NCBI RefSeq assembly: GCF_000430045.1
Contig: NZ_KE387026.1
Span: 74,844 to 138,843, forward strand
Reading direction: 5' to 3'
From: Calidithermus chliarophilus DSM 9957
GTDB taxonomy: Bacteria; Deinococcota; Deinococci; Deinococcales; Thermaceae
DNA: 64,000 bases
Part shown: in pieces, positions 29,280-37,911 of the stretch
Numbering within the stretch: position 1 is the first letter of the stretch
Layout of the letters: each line of letters begins with the position of its first letter
The notes under the pieces: generated by a model
What the model was told of the DNA's origin: nothing
Databases searched by the model: none
What the model saw: only the letters and a program-made list of their open reading frames with translations
Translations under genes and position numbers: made by a program

Positions 29280-30557
29280 TCACCTCAGGAACCGGACCGC
29301 CTCGCCCTGCACGTAGGAGACCTCGGGCCGGGTCTCGGCCACCACCTTGCCGCGCTTGAGCACGTAGCGGCGCATGGGCAGGGTGCGCAGCGCGTCGTCC
29401 TCGGTGGGGACCGGCCAGACCACCAGGTCGGCGGGGTTACCCACCGCGACGGCGTGCCCCTCCAGGCCCTCCCCGCCCCGCACCAGCCGGTTGTGCCAGA
29501 TGGCAGCGGGACGAGAGGTGAGCATGGGGAAAAGCTGCTCGCGGTCCTCGCGCCCCGACATCAGCCCGTAGTGCAGCAGCACGAAGGCGGTGTGCAGGGG
29601 GTCGCCCTTGCCCATGGGGTACCAGGGGTCCATCACCGAGTCGTGCCCGGCGGCCACGTTGACCCCGGCGGCCAGCAGCTCCTTGACCCGCGTGAGGCCG
29701 CGCCGGATGGGGTAGTGGTCGAAGCGCCCCTGCAGCACGGCGTTGTCGGGCGGGTTACAGATGACGTGCAGCCCGGCCCGCCGCACGTTGCCGATGATCT
29801 TGTCGGCGTAGGCGTTGTTGTAGGAGTGCATGGCGGTGGTGTGCGAGGCCGCCACCCGGCCCGACAGCCTCAGGCGCAGCGTCTCGGCCGCCATGGTCTC
29901 GAGGAAGCGGGAGTGGTCGTCGTCGGTCTCGTCGCAGTGGATGTCGACGGGCAAGCCGGTCTCGTGGGCGAGCGAGAGCGCGAACTTCACGTTCTGCACG
30001 CCGTACTCGCGGGTGATCTCGTAGTGCGGGATCCCCCCGATCACGTCGGCGCCGAGCTCGAGGGCCTGCCGCACCAGCGCGTCGCCGCCCTCGAAGGAGA
30101 ACATCCCCAACTGCGGGAAGGCCACGATCTGGACGTCGATGAGCCCGGCCACCTCGGCCTTGATCTCGAGCAGGGCCTTGAGCGCGGTGAGGCTGGGGTC
30201 GCACACGTCGACGTGGGTGCGGATGTGGGTGACGCCGTGGGCCACGAACCACGGCAGCGCCTTGAGCACCCGCGCGCGCACGTCCTCGCGGCTGAGCCGC
30301 TTGACCCGCTCGGCCCAGATGGCGATGCCCTCCCACAGCGAGCCCGAGCGGTTGGGCCGGGGGTCGCCCTCGGTGAGGATGGCGTCGAGGTGGATGTGGA
30401 TCTCGTAGAAGCTGGGGCTCACCAGGTTGCCCTCGGCCGAGATCTCCTCCCCCCCGCGCAGGCCGGCCTCGAGCGCGGCGATGCGCCCGCCCTCGAGGCC
30501 GATGTCCACCAGCCCCTCGCGGCCGGTGAGGCGTGCGTCCTTGATGACGAGGTCCAT
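29280..30557 (-). CDS. codA: Cytosine deaminase-like amidohydrolase
   Basis: SPSFYEIHIHLDAILTEGDPRPNRSGSLWEGIAIWAERV...VTHIRTHVDV closely parallels E. coli CodA motifs. Confidence 0.75.
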   Translation of the reverse strand: MDLVIKDARLTGREGLVDIGLEGGRIAALEAGLRGGEEISAEGNLVSPSFYEIHIHLDAILTEGDPRPNRSGSLWEGIAIWAERVKRLSREDVRARVLKALPWFVAHGVTHIRTHVDVCDPSLTALKALLEIKAEVAGLIDVQIVAFPQLGMFSFEGGDALVRQALELGADVIGGIPHYEITREYGVQNVKFALSLAHETGLPVDIHCDETDDDHSRFLETMAAETLRLRLSGRVAASHTTAMHSYNNAYADKIIGNVRRAGLHVICNPPDNAVLQGRFDHYPIRRGLTRVKELLAAGVNVAAGHDSVMDPWYPMGKGDPLHTAFVLLHYGLMSGREDREQLFPMLTSRPAAIWHNRLVRGGEGLEGHAVAVGNPADLVVWPVPTEDDALRTLPMRRYVLKRGKVVAETRPEVSYVQGEAVRFLR

Positions 30558-30559
30558 GC

Positions 30560-31381
30560 CTACTCCTGCACGTCAAAGCCGTGCCCCTTGCGCAAGGCCT
30601 CGCGCACCTGGGTGGCGATCTCGAAGAAGCGGGTGGTCTCGCGGGTCTCGAAGTTGCGCGGCTGCGGCAGGTCCACCGGGATCACGGTCTCGATCTTGCC
30701 GGGGCGCGGGGTCATGACCACGATGCGCGTGGAGAGGAACACCGCCTCGGGGATGGAGTGGGTGACGAAGATGATGGTCTTGCCGGTCTCGCGCCACAGC
30801 CGCAAGAGCTCGAGGTTGAGGTTCTCCCGCGTGATCTCGTCGAGCGCGCCGAAGGGCTCGTCCATGAACAGGAGCTGCGGGTCGAAGGCCAGCGCGCGGG
30901 CGATGCTCACCCGCTGCTGCATCCCGCCCGAGAGCTGCCAGGGGTAGTGGCGGGCGAACTTCTCCAGCCCCACCAGCGCCAGCATGCGCTCGGCGCGGGG
31001 TTTGTGCTCGGCCTTGGGCACGCCCATCACCTCCAGCGGCAGCATCACGTTCTGCAGCACGGTGCGCCACTCCATGAGGGTAGGGGCCTGGAAGACGTAG
31101 CCGTAGGCCCGGCTCTTGCGCGCCTCCTCCGGGGTCTTGCCGCCGACGCGGATGCTGCCGGAGGTGGGCTGGATCAGGTCGGCCAGCAGGCGCAGCAGGG
31201 TGGTCTTGCCGCAGCCCGAGGGCCCGATGAGCGAGATGAACTCGCCCGCGGCGATCTCGAGGCTCGCGTTCTGCAGAGCCACGGTGCCGGTGGGGAACAC
31301 CATCGAGACGTCCTTCACCGACACCAGACTGGCGGCGCTGGGGGTTGGGTGGGGGTTGGTCTGGGATTGGGTCACAGGCAC
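30560..31381 (-). CDS. ABC transporter ATP-binding protein (NitT/TauT family)
   Basis: GPSGCGKTT Walker A, LSGGMQQRVSIARAL signature, Walker B. Confidence 0.85.
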   Translation of the reverse strand: MPVTQSQTNPHPTPSAASLVSVKDVSMVFPTGTVALQNASLEIAAGEFISLIGPSGCGKTTLLRLLADLIQPTSGSIRVGGKTPEEARKSRAYGYVFQAPTLMEWRTVLQNVMLPLEVMGVPKAEHKPRAERMLALVGLEKFARHYPWQLSGGMQQRVSIARALAFDPQLLFMDEPFGALDEITRENLNLELLRLWRETGKTIIFVTHSIPEAVFLSTRIVVMTPRPGKIETVIPVDLPQPRNFETRETTRFFEIATQVREALRKGHGFDVQE

Positions 31382-31397
31382 CTCTGAGGTTTGGCGT

Positions 31398-32030
31398 TTA
31401 CTCTACCCCCCCGCCGGTCAGCGCCGCGGCCACGCCTAACCCGATGTACACGCTGCCGGTGACGTACTTCTGCCTCGCCACGAAGCGCGGGTTGCGGCGG
31501 AACCAGGAGCCCAGGCTGCCGGCCAGCAGGGCGTATGAGCCGTCGGAGAGCACGGCCATCAAGGCGAACAGGCCGCCCAACAGCAGGATCTGCACCGCCA
31601 CGCTGCCGTGGGCAGGGTCCACGAACTGCGGCAGGAAGGCGAAGGTGAAAAAGGCCATCTTGGGGTTGAGCAGGTTGACCACGTAGCCCTGCGCGAAGAT
31701 GCGGCCCAAGCTCTCGCGCTTCGGCTCGACCACCCCCGCCTCGCCCCCGGACGTCAGTTGCCGCACCCCCAGGTACACCAGATAGGCCGCCCCCGCCCAC
31801 TTCACCAGGTTGAAGGCCAGGGCGCTGGCCAACAGCAGGGCGGTGAGGCCCAAAGCCGCCGCCAGGGTGTAGGTGAGGGCCGCCAGGTTGACGCCCAGCA
31901 CCGAGGCGAGGCCCGCTGAGCGCCCCTGCGAGAGGCTGCGGGTCACGATGTAGAGCACCGCCGGGCCGGGCACCAGCAGGATAGCCAGGCTGGCGGCGAA
32001 GAACAGGGCGAGCTTCTCGGGCGCGATCAC
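31398..32030 (-). CDS. LysE/RhtB family amino-acid exporter
   Basis: FFAASLAILLVPGPAVLYIVTRSLSQGRSAG N-terminus typical of the LysE family. Confidence 0.8.
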   Translation of the reverse strand: MIAPEKLALFFAASLAILLVPGPAVLYIVTRSLSQGRSAGLASVLGVNLAALTYTLAAALGLTALLLASALAFNLVKWAGAAYLVYLGVRQLTSGGEAGVVEPKRESLGRIFAQGYVVNLLNPKMAFFTFAFLPQFVDPAHGSVAVQILLLGGLFALMAVLSDGSYALLAGSLGSWFRRNPRFVARQKYVTGSVYIGLGVAAALTGGGVE

Positions 32031-32121
32031 GCCATCACCTCACCTGCGCTACCGCGCGGCCACCGCTGCGGTCAGTGAGGATGCTTCGGGTGTTCATAGC
32101 CACCTGCCTTTGGGTCAAGGC

Positions 32122-32277
32122 CTACCTTTTCCGGGCCCGGGCCGCCCCGATAGCCATAAATGCCGCCCCGACGGCCAGGAACGCCGCCCCGGAACTCCGC
32201 TGGTCGCTGAGCGAGATCGCACCGACCGCCATAAGGATTAGACCTGCCAGGAAAAATAACTGGGACGGCTTCATATA
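32122..32277 (-). CDS. Speculative 51-aa two-helix membrane peptide immediately downstream of pydB
   Basis: ATG 10 nt after the pydB stop; MKPSQLFFLAGLILMAVGAISLSDQRSSGAAFLAVGAAFMAIGAARARKR; not in the ORF track (below length cutoff); no clear SD. Confidence 0.25.
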   Translation of the reverse strand, partial: YMKPSQLFFLAGLILMAVGAISLSDQRSSGAAFLAVGAAFMAIGAARARKR

Positions 32278-32281
32278 TGCC

Positions 32282-33661
32282 TCAGAAGTACATCGGCTCG
32301 CGCCGCAGGAGTTTGCCGCGCCCCTTCTCGCCCACGAAAGCCCCGTCGCGCACCTGCACCTTGCCGCGCACCGTCACCACGCTGGGACGCCCGTCGATCT
32401 CGAAGCCCTCGAAGCCGTTGTAGTCGTTGTTCACGTGCTGGGTGCGGGCCGAGATGGTGCCGCGGTAGCTGGGGTCGTAGACCACCAGGTCGGCGTCGGA
32501 GCCCACCGCGATGGTGCCCTTGCGGGGGAAGAGCCCGAAGAGTTTGGCGGCCTTGGTGCTGGCGGCGTCCACGAAGCGGTGGAGGTCGAGGTGGCCCCGG
32601 CTCACGCCGTAGGTGTAGAGCAGGTTCACCCGGTCCTCGATGGCGGGGATGCCGTTGGGGATGGCGGTGAAGGCGTCCTTGCCCAGCATCTTCTGCTCGG
32701 TGTCGAAGGGGCAGTGGTCGGTGCCCACGGTGTCGATGAAGCCCTGGGCCAGCGCGTCCCACAAGGCCTTCTGGTTGCGCTTGTCGCGCAGGGGCGGCGA
32801 CATGATGTACTTCATGGCCTCCACCCCGCCCCGCTCGGCGTAGGTCTTGTCCAACAGGAAGTGCGGGATCACCGACTCGATGTAGATGGGCACGCCGCGC
32901 GCCTTGGCCGCCATGGCCGCCTCGAGCGCGGGCTTGCAGGAGAGGTGCACCACGTAACCGGTGGCGCCGGTGGCCTCGAGGAAGGTGGCGAAACGGTTCG
33001 TCCCCTCGGCCTCCACGGACTCGGGACGGCTGGGCTCGTGCCACTCGGGGCCGGTCTTGCCCTCGGCCAGCAGGCTCTGCTGCAAGCGCCCCACCAGTTC
33101 GGCGTTCTCGCAGTGCGCGGTGACGATGACGCCCAGCTCCTTCGCCAGCCTCATCGTCTGGTACATCTCCCCGTCGTCCACGCCGAAGAAGTTCTTGTAC
33201 GACAGGAAGATCTTGAAGGAGTTGATCCCGTCGGCCACGATCTCGCGGAGCTGGGCCTCGGTCTTGTCGTCGAACTTCGTCACCGACATGTGGAAGGTGT
33301 AGTCGCAGGCGCTGTTGCCCTCGGCCCGGCTCTTCCACAGGTGGTAGCCCTCGAGCGCGTCGTCACCCCGCGAGGGGCAGCACATCTCGATGTAGGTGGT
33401 CGTACCCCCCACCAGCGCGGCGATGCTGCCGGTCTCGTGGGTGTCCTTGGCGAAGGTCGCCATGAAGGGCAGGTAGATGTGCACGTGGGGGTCGATGAAG
33501 CCGGGAAAGACGTACTTGCCCGTCGCGTCGATGACCTCGGTGCCGGGGGGGGCCTCGAGGCCCCGCCCGATGCGGGTGATGGTCTCGTCCTCGACGTAGA
33601 TGTCGGCTTTGTAGCGTGAGTCTGCGGTGACGATTTCGCCGTTTTTGATGAGTAGAGGCAT
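32282..33661 (-). CDS. pydB: Dihydropyrimidinase (D-hydantoinase)
   Basis: MPLLIKNGEIVTAD...PGFIDPHVHIYLPF; cyclic amidohydrolase family; start ATG 33661. Confidence 0.85.
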   Translation of the reverse strand: MPLLIKNGEIVTADSRYKADIYVEDETITRIGRGLEAPPGTEVIDATGKYVFPGFIDPHVHIYLPFMATFAKDTHETGSIAALVGGTTTYIEMCCPSRGDDALEGYHLWKSRAEGNSACDYTFHMSVTKFDDKTEAQLREIVADGINSFKIFLSYKNFFGVDDGEMYQTMRLAKELGVIVTAHCENAELVGRLQQSLLAEGKTGPEWHEPSRPESVEAEGTNRFATFLEATGATGYVVHLSCKPALEAAMAAKARGVPIYIESVIPHFLLDKTYAERGGVEAMKYIMSPPLRDKRNQKALWDALAQGFIDTVGTDHCPFDTEQKMLGKDAFTAIPNGIPAIEDRVNLLYTYGVSRGHLDLHRFVDAASTKAAKLFGLFPRKGTIAVGSDADLVVYDPSYRGTISARTQHVNNDYNGFEGFEIDGRPSVVTVRGKVQVRDGAFVGEKGRGKLLRREPMYF

Positions 33662-33700
33662 ACGGGTGAAAAGGTGAAAAGGTGAAAAGGTAAAAAGCAC
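33662..33700. repeat. GGTGAAAAG x3 tandem octamer tract (left arm of the inverted repeat flanking the four-helix-bundle gene)
   Basis: ggtgaaaaggtgaaaaggtgaaaaggtaaaaag; inverted partner at 34150-34200; similar hairpin at 35610-35683. Confidence 0.65.
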
Positions 33701-33746
33701 GCGTTCGCTACCCTGTCACCTTCCGACCTTTGACCTCCTTTCGATG

Positions 33747-34139
33747 CTATTCCTTTGCCCTATGGCCATCCCGTTGCTCGCGTACCGAAGTTTGAAGCCT
33801 GCTGATCAGCCTGGAAACCTCCTCGGCCTGTTTGAGCAGCTTGTCGAAGGCAGGCGGCTCGAGGTAGCCCACGTCGAGTGCAACGTAGAGTTGCGACCTC
33901 AATTCGGCACAGGACGCCTTCGCGACGTTCAGAAACCGATGAAGCTCGGCTCGTCCCCCACGTTCGAAGCCCTCTGCGATATTGGACATCACCGAAACGG
34001 CCGCTCGCTGAGCCTGGCCGCTCAGGGCGTAGTCTTTCGAAAAGGCTGCTTGCCTGGTGGCTACGTACACGGCTCTGGTCAGCTCCCTCGCCTTTTGCCA
34101 GACGAATAAGTCCTCGAATCGCTCAACCTTCTTCGACAT
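33747..34139 (-). CDS. Four-helix-bundle protein (TIGR02436 family, formerly 23S rRNA intervening-sequence protein)
   Basis: FEDLFVWQKARELTRAVY...SGQAQRAAVSVMSNIAEGFERGG...FLNVAKASCAELRSQLYVALDVGYL matches the family consensus. Confidence 0.75.
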   Translation of the reverse strand: MSKKVERFEDLFVWQKARELTRAVYVATRQAAFSKDYALSGQAQRAAVSVMSNIAEGFERGGRAELHRFLNVAKASCAELRSQLYVALDVGYLEPPAFDKLLKQAEEVSRLISRLQTSVREQRDGHRAKE

Positions 34140-34195
34140 TTCCTGCGTTCTTCACCTTTGCCCTTTTTGACTTTTCACCTTTTTACCTTCTTCAC

Positions 34196-35581
34196 CTAGT
34201 GAATGTCGATCCCAACCTCTTTGCGGTACCGCTCCATGGCCTCCCAGTCCGAGCCCACCTCCGGGCGGGCCTTGGTGAGCTGGTCCCAGGTGACGCTGGC
34301 GCGGCCCGAGGGCACCTCGACCATCTCGATGCAGCCTTCCACCGGGCAGACGTTGTGGCACAGCCGGCAGCCCACGCAGTCCTCCTCGCGCACCACCGGC
34401 TGCGGGCGCGAGCCCACGGCCTCGAGCTTGCCGTTGGAGCGCACGTCGTAGCTGTAGGGCTGCACCAGGTTCCCGTTCGCGTCCACCAGGTCGATGCACT
34501 GGTGGGCGGTGTCGTTGCAGGCCACGTAGCAGAGGTTGCACTTGATGCACTTGTCGGGGTCGATGCGGGCGACGGCGCGGAAGGCGAGGTCGAAGTCCTT
34601 GAAGTCGGAGATGCGGTGCAGGCTCTTGCCCACCACCTCGTCCACGCTCTTGAAGCCCTTGGAGTCCATCCAGTTGGAAAGCCCGTCGCAGAGGTCCTCG
34701 ATGATGCGGTAGCCGTAGTGCATCACGGCGGTGCACACCTGCAGGCTGCTGGCCCCCAGCAGCAAGAACTCGGCGGCGTCCTTCCAGGTGCTGATGCCGC
34801 CCATGCCCGAGATGGGCAGCCCCGAGCGGCGCACCACCTCGTCGGTGCCCAGGGCCGAGAGCATGTTGAGCGCGATGGGCTTGACCGCCGGGCCCGCGTA
34901 GCCCCCGTGCCCGCCCTTTCCGCCGATGTTGGGGGTGATCTCGAGCGTATCCAAGTCCACGGCCACGATGGAGTTGATGGTATTGATGAGGCTGAGCGCG
35001 TTGGCCCCGGCGTTCACGGCGGCGCGGGCCGGGTAGACGATGTTGGTGATGTTGGGCGTGAGCTTGACGATCACGGGGATCTTGGCCACGTCCATCACCC
35101 ACCGCGTGATCTGCTCGCAGTACTCCGGCACCTGCCCTACCGCGCTGCCCATGCCGCGCTCGCTCATGCCGTGCGGGCAGCCGTAGTTGAGCTCGATGCC
35201 GTCGGCGCCGGTGTCCTCGATCTTGAGGACGATGTCGCGCCAGGCCTCGGGCGTGGACTCCACCATGGCCGAAACGATCACCGCGCGGTCGGGCCAGTGG
35301 CGCTTGACGTCGCGGATCTCCCGGAGGTTGACCTCCAAGGGCCGGTCGGAGATGAGCTCGACGTTGTTGATGGCGAGCATCTTCTGCCCGCCGTAGTGCC
35401 ACGCGCCGTAGCGGTTGGACACGTTGAGCACCGGCGCCCCGATGGTCTTCCACACCGCCCCGCCCCAGCCGTACTCGAAGGCCTTGTGGATCTGCGCCCC
35501 CGAGTTCGTCGGCGGCGCCGAGGCCAGCCAGAAGGGGTTGGGGGACCGGATTCCCGCGAAATTGATGCGAAGGTCAGCCAT
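34196..35581 (-). CDS. preA: NAD-dependent dihydropyrimidine dehydrogenase subunit PreA (DHOD-like domain + 2x[4Fe-4S])
   Basis: MADLRINFAGIRSPNPFWLASAPP...ELNYGCPHG...CIKCNLCYVACND; GGAG RBS 7 nt upstream of ATG 35581. Confidence 0.85.
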   Translation of the reverse strand: MADLRINFAGIRSPNPFWLASAPPTNSGAQIHKAFEYGWGGAVWKTIGAPVLNVSNRYGAWHYGGQKMLAINNVELISDRPLEVNLREIRDVKRHWPDRAVIVSAMVESTPEAWRDIVLKIEDTGADGIELNYGCPHGMSERGMGSAVGQVPEYCEQITRWVMDVAKIPVIVKLTPNITNIVYPARAAVNAGANALSLINTINSIVAVDLDTLEITPNIGGKGGHGGYAGPAVKPIALNMLSALGTDEVVRRSGLPISGMGGISTWKDAAEFLLLGASSLQVCTAVMHYGYRIIEDLCDGLSNWMDSKGFKSVDEVVGKSLHRISDFKDFDLAFRAVARIDPDKCIKCNLCYVACNDTAHQCIDLVDANGNLVQPYSYDVRSNGKLEAVGSRPQPVVREEDCVGCRLCHNVCPVEGCIEMVEVPSGRASVTWDQLTKARPEVGSDWEAMERYRKEVGIDIH

Positions 35582-35609
35582 AAATGCTCCTTTCAGGGAA
35601 GGTGAAAAG

Positions 35610-35683
35610 TGGAAAAGGTAAAAGGTCAAAAGTAAAGTCCAGGTCTTTAACTTTTCACCCTTTACCCTTTTGACCTTTTCACC
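35610..35683. repeat. Imperfect ~32-bp-arm inverted repeat (GGTGAAAAG-type) between preT and preA
   Basis: ggtgaaaagtggaaaaggtaaaaggtcaaaag ...loop... cttttcaccctttacccttttgaccttttcacc. Confidence 0.65.
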
Positions 35684-37021
35684 TCAATCATCCGCCGCCG
35701 CGCGAAGCGGCACCAGCTTGCGGTGGATGGCGAAGGCCGCGAGCTTGCCGTCCTCCACCGCCATCACCGTCGAGGCCGAGCCCTTCGCCCGCACGCAGTC
35801 GCCGCCCGCGTACACGCCGGAGAGGCTGGTCTCGAAGTCGTCGTTGACCTTGATGTAGCCCTTCTCGGTCTGCAGCCCCAGCATCTGCGCCAGCGCGGGT
35901 TTCTCCTGCCCGATGGCCTTGACCACCTGGTCGGCGGGGAGCACGAACTCCGAGCCGGGGACGGGCCGCGGCGCCGGGCGGCCCGAGGCGTCCGGGGCGC
36001 CGAGCTCCATCCGCACGCACTCGAGCCCCGTCACCTTCCCGCCCTCGACGATCACGCGCACCGGCTGGGTGAGGAAGCGGAACTCGATGCCCTCCTTCTT
36101 GGCGAACTCGTACTCGTGGGGATAGGCGGTCATCTCGGCGTCGGTGCGGCGGTAGACCATGGTCACGCGCTCGGCGCCCAGCCGCTTGGCGACGGTGGCG
36201 CAGTCGATGGCGGTGTTGCCCGCACCGATCACCGCCACGTTGCGGCCCACCTCGAGGCCCTGCGGGTTCATCTTGCTGGCCTCGATGTAGCTCAGGCCGT
36301 CGACGATGTGCTCCTCACCGGGGATGCCCAGCGCAGGCACCGCGCCCAGCCCCACGCTCAGGAAGACCGCGTCGTACTCGCGGCGGATCTGCTCGAAGGA
36401 GAGGTTGGCTCCCAGCTCCATGCCGGTCTTCACCTCCACCCCCAGCCGCTTGACCATCTCCACCTCGGCCAGCGCCACCTCCACCGGCTCGCGCAGCACG
36501 ATGATGCCGTAGGTCGAGAGCCCCCCGGGCAGCTCGCGCTTCTCGAAGACCGTCACGCTGTGCCCCAGCTTGGCGAGCTCCCCCGCGCAGGTGAGCCCCG
36601 CCGGGCCCGCGCCGATCACCGCGACCTTCTTGCCGGTGGGGGGCCCTGCCTTGAACACGTCGATGCCCCGGCTGTACACGTAGTCGGTGGCGTAGCGCTG
36701 CAGGCGCCCGATCATGATGGGCTTCTCCTCGGCGTTGAGCACGCACGCGCCTTCGCACAGCTCCTGCACCGGGCACACCCGGGCGCACGTCGCGCCCATG
36801 AGGTTGGCCTCGAGGATGGTGCGGGCCGAGCCCACCACGTTCTCGGTGGCGATCTTCTTGATGAACTTGGGGATGTCGATGTGGGTGGGGCAGGCGTGGG
36901 TACAGGGCGCGTCGTAGCAGTAGAGGCAGCGGTTGGCCTCCACCACCGCTTCATGGTCGGTGAGCGGCGGGTAGTACTCCGCCAACACCTCCTCAGGCCG
37001 GATAATCTGGCGATCGTTCAC
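35684..37021 (-). CDS. preT: Dihydropyrimidine dehydrogenase subunit PreT (glutamate-synthase small-subunit-like NAD(P)H oxidoreductase)
   Basis: CLYCYDAPCTHACPTHIDIPKFI...VAVIGAGPAGLTCAGELAKLGHSVTVFEKRELPGG. Confidence 0.85.
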   Translation of the reverse strand: MNDRQIIRPEEVLAEYYPPLTDHEAVVEANRCLYCYDAPCTHACPTHIDIPKFIKKIATENVVGSARTILEANLMGATCARVCPVQELCEGACVLNAEEKPIMIGRLQRYATDYVYSRGIDVFKAGPPTGKKVAVIGAGPAGLTCAGELAKLGHSVTVFEKRELPGGLSTYGIIVLREPVEVALAEVEMVKRLGVEVKTGMELGANLSFEQIRREYDAVFLSVGLGAVPALGIPGEEHIVDGLSYIEASKMNPQGLEVGRNVAVIGAGNTAIDCATVAKRLGAERVTMVYRRTDAEMTAYPHEYEFAKKEGIEFRFLTQPVRVIVEGGKVTGLECVRMELGAPDASGRPAPRPVPGSEFVLPADQVVKAIGQEKPALAQMLGLQTEKGYIKVNDDFETSLSGVYAGGDCVRAKGSASTVMAVEDGKLAAFAIHRKLVPLRAAADD

Positions 37022-37111
37022 GTCTGGCCTCCTGCGGGGCCGTTGGCCCCAGATCCTGCAAAGCTAAAGGGTTCGGTTTGTGCTAAGGCTAGGGCTTCTC
37101 GAGCGGCACAC

Positions 37112-37130
37112 GCAATGGACAAAGTGTCCA
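37112..37130 (-). promoter_or_regulatory. Conserved operator-like motif GCAATGGACAaaGTGTCCA (contains perfect palindrome TGGACA-aag-TGTCCA) upstream of preT
   Basis: ~95 bp upstream of the preT start at 37021; the decamer GCAATGGACA is shared with the sites at 16164 and 18389. Confidence 0.6.
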
Positions 37131-37425
37131 AAAACCGTGGGCGAGGGCAGCCAACCCCCACGCGGGTGCAAGTTTTCTCGCCCTGCCGCCAAGGCCTGTG
37201 AGCCGCAGCGCCTCTCTCCCATGCAAACCGCCACACGACCTCCTGTGTGAATAATCACCAAGAAGGTTCGAGCCCTCGCGGGAGCTGATTTAACCCTTGG
37301 CTCTATGCTTCTACTTCGCGCCGAAGGCTGTCAAGAGCGGCGCTGCATAACTTTGCGCCGAAGTTCACGTGCCCTGGGTGCATAGGTCTCAACTTTTCTC
37401 AGGCAAGGCGGGTATAGTTCGGCCT

Positions 37426-37911
37426 ATGAGGCGTTTTCTTCTCTCCGTCGCCCTGGGCGGCCTGTTGGCCGCGTGCAGCAGCGCACCACTGTCCATCGCC
37501 ATCACCGCCGAGCCCGTCAACGTCAGCCTGATCTCGGACGGGGCCATCTACTTCCAGAAAGCCGGGCAGGTGCAGAAGCCGCCGGTGGGGGTCAAGGAGA
37601 TCGGCCTCGAGGGGACGGCGAAGTTCACCGGCCAGGGGGTTCTGCACTTCTACGCGACCGACCAGGAGCCCAACTGCGCCAGCAGCGGGGGCTTCTTCCG
37701 CTGCAGCAGCTTCGACGCAGCCACGATGGACGACCTGGGCACGCTCGACTTCAGCAAGAACAGCACCTCCCCCTTGAAGTGGTCGGGAGCTCACCTGACC
37801 AGCGGCGTCAACAACCAGACCCTCTACATCGGGGTCAAGCTGGAGAGCCTGGGCCTCACCAGCGGCACGCTGAGCTTCGAAAACCTCGTCGCCAAGGTGG
37901 TGCTGTTCTGA
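37426..37911 (+). CDS. Lipoprotein, hypothetical
   Basis: MRRFLLSVALGGLLAACSS signal peptide with lipobox LAAC; 161 aa; no recognisable domain. Confidence 0.55.
   Translation: MRRFLLSVALGGLLAACSSAPLSIAITAEPVNVSLISDGAIYFQKAGQVQKPPVGVKEIGLEGTAKFTGQGVLHFYATDQEPNCASSGGFFRCSSFDAATMDDLGTLDFSKNSTSPLKWSGAHLTSGVNNQTLYIGVKLESLGLTSGTLSFENLVAKVVLF

Noticed and set aside
37064-37261. 65-aa minus-strand ORF in the preT upstream region
   Set aside because: Cys/Arg-rich, no RBS logic, and lies in the regulatory spacer carrying the operator motif; likely non-coding.
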